Source of the DNA: a virus
Lineage: Duplodnaviria > Caudoviricetes
Reading direction: 5' to 3' (one strand)
Length of the DNA: 32,371 nucleotides
IMG/VR virus record: IMGVR_UViG_3300016667_001185
Span: 1 to 32,371 of that record
Numbering within the stretch: the first letter of the stretch is position 1; every line of letters begins with the position of its first letter. Positions 1 through 10,400 of this stretch are shown one piece after another. The position numbers and the translations under genes are program-made. The notes below the pieces were generated by a model. It was not told the DNA's origin and searched no databases. It saw nothing but the letters and a program-made list of their open reading frames with translations.

Positions 1-2256
1 GACAAACTCGGAAAGTTTTTACAAGAGTATAAGTGGGAGATTGCATTCTTCGCTTTCGGTCCAGCAGTATTGAACATGTTCTCTAATGGCATAATAGGTG
101 CCTTAACAAATCCAGCCGTTCTTTCTCAACTTGCGTCGCTCGGCCCGATGATTGCTAACCCAGTTACTCTCGCAGTCGGCGCCGCCGTCGCTGCTGTAGG
201 CGCCGCCATCTATCAAGCGAAGCAGCTCCTGGATGAAGTAGAGCAGATGGAAAAAGATCGCAAAGAATTTAACACAGCCGCCGCTGCAGCAGCAGAAGAT
301 GCCAATAAGAATTTTTTAAAACAAAATGATTCCATAAAAGAGCAAATAAAATTGCTTGAGGAAAAAGCCCGCCTCGGCGACGCAGCCGCCGCTGCAGAAG
401 CAAAAAGGTTAGAAAAAGAACGAAAAGCGTCCGAAGAACAAAAAGCATCCGGCTCCGCCCGCACGATGGGTCAAATTTTCGAAAAAGGTATCGACGAGAT
501 AAAATATGATTTTGCCGATGTCGATGAAAAAGTACTCAGCCAACAGGCTGATGCCGTTATAGAACAGTTGAATAAGAACCTTACATCAGGAGTTAAAGGA
601 GCAGGCGAAGCTTCAATAAAAGAACTAGATTTTCAGTTGTCTCAATTGCAGAAAGTTAGCGGTGCCGATTGGAAATTGGATGGGACAGCTATGGATGAAG
701 ATGTCAATAAACTTATTGACATGATGAAATCTGGTCAAGCAGATTTAGAGGCTATCTCAAAGGCTTCGGTCGATGCCCTCGAAAAAAGTGATTCTTGGGC
801 TCAACGAGGTTCAGGGCCCAACGATGGTAATCCTTTGTTGACGAAATACGTCAAGGGAATAGACATGACGTCTGAACAAGGGTATTACGTTAAGGTTCTT
901 GCGGCCAAAATGATTGCTGAAAAGAAATTAGTAGATCAAAAAGCTGAAGAAGCCGCGCTCGCGGCTTCGGGAAAACCAGATCCTGCTGCCGAGGCTCGCC
1001 GCGCGGAAGCCGCCGCAGAATTGGCTAAAAAACAGCAGGAACAAATTGCTGCAGAAAGAGCGTCAGCTTTAGAAAGCTTGGGATTAGGACAAAATCTTAA
1101 CGTAACCAACGCCAAAGAAGCTGTAAAAAAGATCGAAGATCTTGTAAAAGATTTAGATCAGGGTTTGCTAGATAGAGTTACAGCTGCTATAAAGAAAGTT
1201 AGAGAAAAATTTGATCAAGCGGATTTTAGAATATTCTCTGATGCTGCTAAGAGTGAGGAAGTAACTAAAGCTGCCGTAGATCTTAAAATGATTAATACTG
1301 TTTTTGTGAGTTTAGCCGACGTGGCAGACAACATGGCGAATATCCCGAAAGCTGCATCAAAGTTGGCCCAAATGCCAAATGAAGTAAAAGCATATACTGG
1401 TAGCGTTGAAAGAATAAAATCACTCTTATTCGGCGGTGAAAATCCAGGCATAGTACAATCAATAACCAGCATGGGTACTATTGCTGCAATGTATAAAACT
1501 TCGTTAGATTCTACTGTAATTACTATAAGCAATATTTCGAAAAATATTGAGGCTATCGTAACAGGTATAGAGACAATCATGAATGCTTTGCCTAAGTTGC
1601 AACGTGGCGGAGGTTTACCAAAAGCATTTGCTGTCATCGACTCTGTTGCGGCCGCATCGCTTGAACTGAAGGGCGGTTACGATTCTGAAGCTACAATAAA
1701 ATCATTGGTTACCTCAGCGATGACAGCTGCGACGACGAGCATGACTCAAGTCGCTCCTGGAATGAAGGCTTTGGTTGATGCGTCTACCACTTTGTCGAAA
1801 ACACTCACGGATAATGTCGTGAGATCCGTGGATGCTACCGCTAACAGAATCGATCAATTGTTCATTTCACTGGAAAAAATAACGAATGCGATAGCTAGAC
1901 CCATCGGTGCCAAGTCACCTCAAGAACTAGGTTCTAAGGTGAAAGCGATGGTCGACGCCATCAATCAGCTCAACGCCGCGATGACTGACATCAAGATTGG
2001 CGAAAATGGCGAAGTCAACGTCAAGATGAACAATCTTGCGAAGGGCATAAACAAGGCAGACCAGAAGTACACGATAGAGAAGAAGAACGCGGTCATCAAC
2101 CTCACCGTCAGCGTATCCATGTCAGTGACTGACGTTGAGAGCATGCTCATCAAGAATCCTAACTCATTGATCAGAGCCCGTATCAATGACGCTCTCAGCT
2201 CAGACAAGAAAGAGATAAACGCCGGTGGCACAGGCACCGTCGACGTGGGCACATGA
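1..2256 (+). CDS. Tape-measure-like tail protein, C-terminal part (5'-truncated by the window)
   Basis: Frame is open from base 1. Ala/Lys/Glu-rich helical/coiled-coil sequence with a hydrophobic stretch (PVTLAVGAAVAAVGAAIY), upstream of baseplate-like genes. Ends in TGA TGA TGA. Confidence 0.55.
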   Translation, partial: DKLGKFLQEYKWEIAFFAFGPAVLNMFSNGIIGALTNPAVLSQLASLGPMIANPVTLAVGAAVAAVGAAIYQAKQLLDEVEQMEKDRKEFNTAAAAAAEDANKNFLKQNDSIKEQIKLLEEKARLGDAAAAAEAKRLEKERKASEEQKASGSARTMGQIFEKGIDEIKYDFADVDEKVLSQQADAVIEQLNKNLTSGVKGAGEASIKELDFQLSQLQKVSGADWKLDGTAMDEDVNKLIDMMKSGQADLEAISKASVDALEKSDSWAQRGSGPNDGNPLLTKYVKGIDMTSEQGYYVKVLAAKMIAEKKLVDQKAEEAALAASGKPDPAAEARRAEAAAELAKKQQEQIAAERASALESLGLGQNLNVTNAKEAVKKIEDLVKDLDQGLLDRVTAAIKKVREKFDQADFRIFSDAAKSEEVTKAAVDLKMINTVFVSLADVADNMANIPKAASKLAQMPNEVKAYTGSVERIKSLLFGGENPGIVQSITSMGTIAAMYKTSLDSTVITISNISKNIEAIVTGIETIMNALPKLQRGGGLPKAFAVIDSVAAASLELKGGYDSEATIKSLVTSAMTAATTSMTQVAPGMKALVDASTTLSKTLTDNVVRSVDATANRIDQLFISLEKITNAIARPIGAKSPQELGSKVKAMVDAINQLNAAMTDIKIGENGEVNVKMNNLAKGINKADQKYTIEKKNAVINLTVSVSMSVTDVESMLIKNPNSLIRARINDALSSDKKEINAGGTGTVDVGT

Positions 2257-2283
2257 TGATGACAAGATCGAGGTAAGATATTT

Positions 2284-2565
2284 ATGTCCAAGATACCAAC
2301 GAAAGAAGAATACTTTAAGACTCTGAGGAATCACAAGGCTTACGCAGCAATCCTGAAGAAAGCTCCTGACGCCGCCACTCGCAAGCAGATCATATCGACG
2401 GTCGAGCACATCGCGGGTTCTCTCTTTGATGGTGTGATACCCGTGATGATGACAGCTTCCACGAATCCTGAAGGAGCTGAGAAGATTTCTGAGGCTTTGA
2501 AGACGGGCGACAACATAATTAAAGAAAGCGACGGAGCTCCCATCGCACCGAAGTCGAAAGAGTAG
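2284..2565 (+). CDS. Hypothetical protein (tail region)
   Basis: 93-aa ORF with SD GAGGT at 2270-2274, tightly packed between structural genes. Confidence 0.75.
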   Translation: MSKIPTKEEYFKTLRNHKAYAAILKKAPDAATRKQIISTVEHIAGSLFDGVIPVMMTASTNPEGAEKISEALKTGDNIIKESDGAPIAPKSKE

Positions 2566-2574
2566 AGGTAGGTT

Positions 2575-5500
2575 ATGTCTGGAATCAAGACAGGGAACAA
2601 GGGTTTCGTCAATCCGGTCGACGGTAAGGTCTACACCGTGGATTCTGTCGCGCCCGGAGCCGACGGCACGAACGACGCCCCTCCACCGCCAGATCCAGGT
2701 AACATGACCGTGGACAACACGATCAAAGACATCGGCAAGATCACCAGGGTCACTTTGGGAACTTACCTGAGTGAGTTGACGAAAGGAAAGGTTGGCCCCG
2801 CCAAGAAGTCCAATGCTTACACGATCGATGCGTCCAACACTGCGACCCCACAATCCTCAATCACGACCCCTGCAGGATATCCTGTCCCTCTAGCACCTTC
2901 CAATAATACTTCACAATTTAAACAGATATTGCCAAGCGCGATTTCTGACAATTATTCTGTCGTTGCCTCAGACATCAAGAAAGGCAGCACGGACGGCACA
3001 GGTACAGATGGTAACAAGCTGTTACGAGGTGCCACTGCGAACGATTCATCGACGCAGCTGGTTTCAGGCGGTCCTGTTGACAAGTATACCACCGAGGTTT
3101 TAGATGCGAACAGGTGGGATCCTGCGTCGGAGTTCACGGGGGGCGTCGATCCTGATGCCGTTCCTAATAGCTTTGACGTTCCCCTGCAGTCCGTCGCGAC
3201 CGCCGTGTTGCCTTCTTCTGAGGCGACCGATCCCGCCAATGCGCAATACCAACTCAACTTGGAAGAAGCCGCATCCGCAGGACCAAAAAAGACAGCGAAC
3301 AACGATTTTCCCGTCGTACCGAATCCCAATAATTCGTTGCAGCTCATCGCCATCACGACGAATGAGGTTCCATCTCCCTTAACTCCGCAACAAGGAGCTC
3401 CGGTATTTGCTCCTAACATCGGTAATTCTTACACGAGCGATTACACTACATTGAACGTGAATTCGCAGGACGGATTACAAAAGGGATCGACTTCCGCCGA
3501 TGGTCCTAACGGTAATGAATTTCTTTCTAAAACAACGTTGCAATCTGGCCAAATAACTTCCCCTACACCTTTGGTCAACTACACAGCGGCTGCCGTTATT
3601 CCCAACGTTAGAAACGTGGGAGGTCCCGGATTTTCTCAAGGCGAAGACATCTCTAATCCGTCTTCAAAGTTTAATCCATCTTTGCAATCCGTTGCAACCA
3701 TGGTGTCGCCTGCTGAAGAAGCGATAGCAACACCCTCGAACGCGAAGTATGAGTTAGATCTAAAGTTAGCTTCTAAAAAGCCTGCCCAGATCACTACCAA
3801 CAACGCTTACCCTGTTTCTGAACCCAACTTAGGACAAGATTTAGAAAATCTAGCTAAGCTCACGACAGAAGATCTACCTTCGCCCTTGACTCCTGCAGGA
3901 AATGCAAATTCTGACGTTCATGCTCCCAGCTTGCAGCCCAGCGTATCCGACACGTTCATCGAACACGGAAAGGGAATCAACAAGGGCAAGAGCAACGAAA
4001 TTGGGTCTGATGGAAACAGCCTTTTAGGTAGCGACATAAAGCAAAACGCCCAAGGTGTAGTAGAACTTCCAGACAGCCTTGAAACGTACACCTCACACGT
4101 AACGGAGCAAAATGATCAATCTCCTTCCAATCCACTCGTGCCGTCCGAGATCGATCCGACAGCTCCGCCTGCAGGTTATCATCCTTATCTAGCTGATGTT
4201 TCTACGTTGGGTTCTCACACAGGAGCCCCACATGATCAGCTGACGTTGAATGAGTTACGCGTGATCGGCCCTGCGAAGACGCAGGATGCAAAAAACGATT
4301 ATCCTGTCGACAAGAACCTCACTGACTTGATCTCTGTCACAGAGATCGATGGGTATCCGGCTCAATTGGCCGACACAGGAAATTCTGAAAAGTTTGCTGA
4401 GAGAAGTGAGATAGCTCCTGTTCCCAATGACACAATAAATTTTAATAAGGGTAAAGGCAACGGAGAGTGGAACGGCAACAACATCCTAAAAGATGTCCAA
4501 GGAACGTTACGCGTCGTCCCCGAGGGCTCAGGTGAGGATGTCCTGCCCGGGGGCACTCCGATCAATGATGGAAAGATCACGATAGATCCAAAAAATCCCA
4601 TCAACGAATACAAGGTATATGATCATAAACGCTCATCAGGTAAGGTTTCTCCCTTCGCGCTAGGGAATTCAAGGTTCATTTCCAAAGCACAGTTTGTTTA
4701 TGATTCTCAACCTATTCCTGAATTCAATCCCATCGTTTATCGACATGGTGACAACAAGCGTGGCGTTTCCACCTTAAAAATGGCAAAAATCGGTGTGGGT
4801 TTGTCACAACGAGCTTCCACAGAAATCCCTGGATGGCCTGGGGGTCCTGACAAAGGTAACCAGTTTGACCCGACGAACAGCGCCGCGGAAGCCGGCGCAC
4901 TGTTACCGTCTGTTTCCCAGCTAGGGATTCTTAAGGTAAACAATAACCTGTTGTCAGCAAAGGACGTTTTGGACTCCATCATTGATGCTTCTGATTACGA
5001 TCCCGATGCTCTCGTTGAGATTGCACCTTTCGGCGGACAGTCATGGGGGAATTTGAACAACATATCCGAGCCCTTCAGCGATGGGTCCAACAGCTTAGGC
5101 TTATTTTTAACAATGCTCGCTCTTGTCATAGCGATAGTCGTGCTGTTTAGCATAATAGCTCTGATCGTTCCGAACGGAGACAGATCCGCAACTTCTGGGA
5201 AAAACGGCGAAAGAACTCTAGGCAAATATCTCTATTCAGACCCAGAAAAATCGTGGCCTTCTTTCTTACCAAATCCAGCTGAGATATTTGGCATAAAACA
5301 GACGATAAATCCCTTCGATTCTTCGTTGCTTGCTGGCACGTACTCTTTCTTTTTAGGCGCAGAGAACGCGGATGCATCTATAATAGATCTAATCGTGGGA
5401 TTGGCAACTAGCGGGTTGGATCAGCTGTTAAAAGATAATAACTCTGTCGGCGCCAACGTCGTCGTCTGCAGGACGATAATTCGTTCAGGGTTGGTGATGG

Positions 5501-7092
5501 CCGAGCAGATATCCAACGTGATTAAAAAAGCGCAGCTCTCTGCCGTCGCTGGCGTCAAGGCGGCGGTGAATTTGCTTAGAGCCTTCCGCTCCTCGAAGCT
5601 GATATCTGCAATCAACGTGTTCTCCGCCCTCGGCGATCAATTATTAAATTCTCGACTTCAAACTGCGAAGGTGGTGGGTCCAGATGGTAAAGAGATGACG
5701 GTCGATTTATCAAATGCCACCCCTGCCGACCAATTGATGCATTCTACCGTTAGAAAACATAGGTTAACGACTTATGAAGTAGTTTCAGGAATTGGGTTGT
5801 TAAATCCTGAAACTGCCAAAAAAACAGCTGCAAAAGTTTACGATCCCACGTTGGCGTGGAGCTCACAGCGAGCGCCGTCGATGTATCTGCTTCCTCCTGC
5901 CATCACGAACTTGCAACTCACTGACGCCGCCAACGTCTTAGGTTCATTCAAAGGTGTCTCTGCGTTAGATTCTCAAAAGGCCGTTATAGCCGCTCAGCGA
6001 GTCAACAATAGAATCAGCGACGCTGATAGGAAACTCTTCGAGACCCGTCTCGACGCAGAGTATGTTCCTTTCTACTTTCACGACGTCAGGACCAACGAGA
6101 TCATATCGTTTCACGCGTTCTTGGCTTCTATAGGAGATAGCTTCAACATTGCTTACGATTCCGTTGAGGCCTTCGGCCGCGTCGAACCCATCAAAATCTA
6201 TAAGTCGACGACCCGCAAGATTGACATGAGCTTTTATCTCGTCTCTACCTCAGTGACTGACTTCGATCACATGTGGCACAAGATCAACAAGTTGACTACA
6301 ATGATCTATCCGCAGTACACAAAAGGAAGATTGTTGACAACGGACGGGGCTAATTTAAGGGCGCCATTCAGCCAGCTCGTCGGCGCATCTCCTCTGATAA
6401 GAATCAGGCTCGGTGATCTTTTCAAGTCTAACTATTCTAGATTTGCTTTAGCTCGTCTCTTCGGAGCCGCTGACGGAGACATGCAAACCACTACAGCAGA
6501 TGGAAAATCAACAAAAATTGATTTTTCGTCTTTGGATGCGAAAGCACTTAGCGAAACGTTGTCAAAACTTGAGGAACGAAAAAGAACTCCGAAAGTAGGA
6601 GACACGGGCTTTTTAAAAAGTAATCCAGCAATGATGATAAAAGTAACAAGCATTAATGCAGCTTCTTTCAATTACGAAATCAATAACACATCTGGGGAAA
6701 AATTAGCTTTTAACACTGAATTCATACCAGATGTAGAAACGATTCAGAAGATGACAGCGGAAGTATTCAAGGAAGGTAATCCTGCTTATTCAGCATTAAC
6801 TGAGTTTATGAGTCCTGCTGGCAATGCTATAGTGAAATCTTTTGAATCCGCAGGTGGTAAAGGTCTTGCGGGTTTCATAGACAACATGTCCTTTGATTGG
6901 TATGATAAGGTGACGTGGGAGATAGATCCTGGTCGAACAGCGCCTAAGATGTGCAAGATCACCGTGTCATTCTCTCCGGTGCACGACATAACGCCTGGCA
7001 TCGATCACCTCGGGTACAACCGCGCCCCGATCTACGGAGTCGGAGCGGCCATGAATTCTACGCCCGCGACGTTTTCAGCTCAAGGCAGATGA
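2575..7092 (+). CDS. Large virion protein: N-terminal Pro/Asn/Ser-rich repeats, one TM helix, C-terminal tail-tube-initiator/baseplate-like domain
   Basis: 1505 aa. The C-terminal VPFYFHD...FGRVEPIKIYKSTTRKIDMSF...PLIRIRLGD...GFIDNMSFDW...WEID...PKMCKITVSF pattern resembles phage/CIS tube-like baseplate proteins. Lies directly before the LysM-like gene. Confidence 0.6.
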   Translation: MSGIKTGNKGFVNPVDGKVYTVDSVAPGADGTNDAPPPPDPGNMTVDNTIKDIGKITRVTLGTYLSELTKGKVGPAKKSNAYTIDASNTATPQSSITTPAGYPVPLAPSNNTSQFKQILPSAISDNYSVVASDIKKGSTDGTGTDGNKLLRGATANDSSTQLVSGGPVDKYTTEVLDANRWDPASEFTGGVDPDAVPNSFDVPLQSVATAVLPSSEATDPANAQYQLNLEEAASAGPKKTANNDFPVVPNPNNSLQLIAITTNEVPSPLTPQQGAPVFAPNIGNSYTSDYTTLNVNSQDGLQKGSTSADGPNGNEFLSKTTLQSGQITSPTPLVNYTAAAVIPNVRNVGGPGFSQGEDISNPSSKFNPSLQSVATMVSPAEEAIATPSNAKYELDLKLASKKPAQITTNNAYPVSEPNLGQDLENLAKLTTEDLPSPLTPAGNANSDVHAPSLQPSVSDTFIEHGKGINKGKSNEIGSDGNSLLGSDIKQNAQGVVELPDSLETYTSHVTEQNDQSPSNPLVPSEIDPTAPPAGYHPYLADVSTLGSHTGAPHDQLTLNELRVIGPAKTQDAKNDYPVDKNLTDLISVTEIDGYPAQLADTGNSEKFAERSEIAPVPNDTINFNKGKGNGEWNGNNILKDVQGTLRVVPEGSGEDVLPGGTPINDGKITIDPKNPINEYKVYDHKRSSGKVSPFALGNSRFISKAQFVYDSQPIPEFNPIVYRHGDNKRGVSTLKMAKIGVGLSQRASTEIPGWPGGPDKGNQFDPTNSAAEAGALLPSVSQLGILKVNNNLLSAKDVLDSIIDASDYDPDALVEIAPFGGQSWGNLNNISEPFSDGSNSLGLFLTMLALVIAIVVLFSIIALIVPNGDRSATSGKNGERTLGKYLYSDPEKSWPSFLPNPAEIFGIKQTINPFDSSLLAGTYSFFLGAENADASIIDLIVGLATSGLDQLLKDNNSVGANVVVCRTIIRSGLVMAEQISNVIKKAQLSAVAGVKAAVNLLRAFRSSKLISAINVFSALGDQLLNSRLQTAKVVGPDGKEMTVDLSNATPADQLMHSTVRKHRLTTYEVVSGIGLLNPETAKKTAAKVYDPTLAWSSQRAPSMYLLPPAITNLQLTDAANVLGSFKGVSALDSQKAVIAAQRVNNRISDADRKLFETRLDAEYVPFYFHDVRTNEIISFHAFLASIGDSFNIAYDSVEAFGRVEPIKIYKSTTRKIDMSFYLVSTSVTDFDHMWHKINKLTTMIYPQYTKGRLLTTDGANLRAPFSQLVGASPLIRIRLGDLFKSNYSRFALARLFGAADGDMQTTTADGKSTKIDFSSLDAKALSETLSKLEERKRTPKVGDTGFLKSNPAMMIKVTSINAASFNYEINNTSGEKLAFNTEFIPDVETIQKMTAEVFKEGNPAYSALTEFMSPAGNAIVKSFESAGGKGLAGFIDNMSFDWYDKVTWEIDPGRTAPKMCKITVSFSPVHDITPGIDHLGYNRAPIYGVGAAMNSTPATFSAQGR
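2740..4500 (+). repeat. Four degenerate protein-level repeats of about 155-167 aa within the 1505-aa ORF
   Basis: Anchors KKGSTDGTGTDGNKLL (~2977), QKGSTSADGPNGNEFL (~3478), NKGKSNEIGSDGNSLL (~3979) and NKGKGNGEWNGNNIL (~4444). Each is preceded by an N[AD][YF][PT][VI] motif. Confidence 0.8.
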
Positions 7093-7111
7093 ATTGAAAG
7101 GCAGATAAGAA

Positions 7112-7408
7112 ATGGCTGTTTCTAGATATCAAAATGCTCCTCTTCTCTCGCTCGGATCGCAATACGGGACTTCTAACGCCGTTTCTGCCATCCGCCGCGG
7201 AGTCATTAACGGGTCCATTCCAATCACGACGACGGTCGTCTTACAAGGCAACCAACGGTTGGATCATCTCGCAGCAATTTATTATAAAGATTCCAGGTAT
7301 TGGTGGATTCTCGCCGCAGCGAGCGAGGTGGGTTGGGGTTTACAATTGCCACCAGGAACTGTAATTTCGGTTCCTGACCTACAAGAAGTTCTTAGCGTGT
7401 TAGGATAA
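7112..7408 (+). CDS. LysM-like / P2 gpX / T4 gp53-like baseplate protein
   Basis: GNQRLDHLAAIYYKDSRYWWILAAAS...LPPGTVISVP is the typical LysM-type baseplate signature. Confidence 0.8.
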   Translation: MAVSRYQNAPLLSLGSQYGTSNAVSAIRRGVINGSIPITTTVVLQGNQRLDHLAAIYYKDSRYWWILAAASEVGWGLQLPPGTVISVPDLQEVLSVLG

Positions 7409-7414
7409 ATCTGA

Positions 7415-10400
7415 ATGGCTAATAACCAAAGATCAATCATCGATTTTTATCGAGACTTTGAGACGACCGGAATCCAAGGCGCCCGCATCATTTCTCGAAG
7501 TTTTAACGGAAAGCTAGAAAATAAGGACATAACTTTTGAGACAATTTTCAAACTGTTGTACCCCGACACAGCCGCCTTAAGTTCAGCAGAAGACATGTGG
7601 CGCACGCTGAGCGAATTAGGCACCTCTCCGCCCTCATCAGGTGCTGGTTCTGAAAACCAGGACAATACGAAGGGGGTGAAAGAAATCACTAAATTATTGA
7701 GGATATATCACACGGCTTTCAGCGTTGATAATAACGATTTAAGCACAAAAATAAAAAAGTTTTATGATGATGGAGGCCGCCCGTCTGCATACAAAGCGTA
7801 TAGTGATAATAAATACGAAACTGTAAATAACCCTTTATACTCGATCGGAAATGCAGGAGGGAAAAAACCAGAATCTCCCTCTAGTGGTCCTTCTCTGACG
7901 TATATCTTGTTAGATACTCCCAACATTGATATAAAGTTAAGAAACGCGGATAAAGCCTCGGTTTTTTTAAATTACGTGCCTTCCATAATAGCATCTCAGC
8001 TTCAACCCTACCTAGACGTAGAATTCGGTATGTCTAGAAACACTGAGAGTAATGCGCAAAATGTCAACAAGCTTTCCACCATGAGCCAGATAAAATTTCT
8101 CATGGGACCTGAGAGCATCGTGCCTGGCTCTGTAAATGAAAAAATTCACAACGCTTCAAAAAAACCTTGGACATCACCAAAACCTGCAAATGACGCCGCC
8201 GCCCACGCAGAACTGATAAAGCAACAGCTTCGAGGACAGTTCACCGCATGGAAGCTCGCAAAAGAACAGTATGAAAAGACGCAGACGACGTCAGTCAAAA
8301 ATTCCGACGGAAAATACGTTAAAGCCCCTGCTCAATATCCTGTACCCCCGCCGCCTGATCCTGATTCCAAAGACAAAAAAATCCAGGAGCTCGTCAAACA
8401 ATATGTCGATAGCGTTTCTGCGAGCCCACCTTCTACCATCACAGGCAAAGAGGTGTTGACGGCAGGAATAGAGCTGTTTACCATGCCGCAAACTTTGTTG
8501 AACATGGACCCGCTATCCAACAACGGGAGATTTCAACCCGTCATCAATCCAACGATGCCTTTCGGAGCGATAACTAATCTCACGATAGACATACGACCGT
8601 CAGTCGGCGTGATCTCTTTTAAAACGGCGACGTTGACGTTGAAGATATTTGATAGGTCTAGGTTAGTTGAGATCGCAGACTTTTTAAATCCTAAGCTCTA
8701 TCAGGCAGTCACGGTGTGGCTGACTTACGGATGGAGGGCCCCCGTATTTCCCCCGCAATCACGTCCTGGGTTGGCTAACGACATTAAAATATATGCAGAT
8801 TTTATCAATGAGAACATGTTAAAAAGAGAGGCCTATGGCGTGAGAAACGTGAGTGTGTCCACGGAACCCAATGGCGTCACGACGGTCACATTGTCTCTCT
8901 TCACTCGAGGTGGTGCGGAACTTCTCGAAGTGAAGGATTCTCGTTCAGGCGACTTCGATAAGATAAGAGAAAAAATAGGCGCTGAACTGGAAGAGATCAA
9001 GGCTTTAGCAAAGAAGTTTGGATTGCAATCCTTCGCCGACGCCGGAAAAGAATTGCGAGGATCGCAGGTCATATCAGCTGCGTTGGCAGGCGATATCATA
9101 GCTGTCGACACGAAAGAATTAAGCACGATCGCATCTTCTCTAAAGAAGATATTGGAAGAAAAGGGATTCGGGGCAGAGGCCGGTAGATTAGAATCTTTAT
9201 TGAAGCAAGTTTATGGTAAGTCCAGCGCAGACGGTAAAAGTCTGTTAGATGACAAGCTAGAAGGCGCCGCTCGCGGCCTCGCTCGCAGTAGATTTTATTC
9301 TTTGCTAGACAACGTAAGCATACGGAGCGACGTGTGGACAGTTCCGAACGAGATATCAGATTCGAATAGTTCCTCGACCGCCAACAAGTTTGAAAATGAA
9401 TCTGATGACATGCCGAAGCCAACCGCCTTGCAAAAAATCCATGCAGCTGCCGTCGCTCGCGCCGGACAGGACGCAAGTAAAGGCTCAAAGGATCAAAGCG
9501 GTAATCAAGTTTTTGGAGGGTTCGGCAGCTTGTCATTTGCACGATTGTTTGCAAGTTATTTTTTTGACATAGCTAGAGGATTAACTGATAGTAGCGTTAT
9601 AGATGATGTTCAGGTGATTTTTTACAACTTGAATTCCCTAGCGGGTCCCGTCGCCAATCTCAACATAGCAGAATTTCCAATAGAGATGGCGCCTCTTGAA
9701 GAAGCTTATACAAAAAAAGTAGCAGATCAAAAAGGCGAAAATATGTCTTTCACGACCCTGCTAGAAGTCATAAAAGACTCTCAATTTAGTAGAATGCAAC
9801 ACAGAGCGTACGGATTTCAATCTTACTACACGCCTGACAAAAAGACTGGTAAGCTGATCCAAGATGAAAAACAAAGCAAAGAACTTTCCGCCGCTGTTCT
9901 TAGGAACTACGGCCTTCCTGGAGCTTTCACGCTTCCTGCTATCGAATTTTACATAGAGACGAGCTTCGCAAGCAGCCAAACGAAATTACCGGTTGACCTT
10001 TTAGAGTCTATCGATCTATCTCGCCGCTCTGGCGCTGGTGGCAACTCGACAAAAAACATAAAAAAGATAATGAGAATCCACATTTACGACAAATCGGCGA
10101 TTCCTCATCAGGCCGCCACGCAGATTCTCTCCACTCCCAATGGATATATCGAGCTAGATTCGGAAGTGTATAGAGCTTTGCAGAATAGAAACAGAGAATC
10201 AGCCCTTCAGATCGGCGAAGCCAGCAAAAAAGTAGAAGAAATAAAAGCAGTAATAGAAAAACTGCAAAACAGAATAAATGAATTTAAACAGAAAATAGAA
10301 GCAACAGGACAATTAGCTGCAGCAGATGCAAATTTGGAAGTTTTTAGAAAAATAGCTCAACAACTAGAGCTTGGTGATGAAATTATAAATGACGATGAAA

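Noticed and set aside
2254-2262. TGA TGA TGA and possible stop-codon reassignment
   Set aside because: TAA, TAG and TGA all end recognisable full-length genes and coding density is high under the standard code, so there is no sign of recoding.
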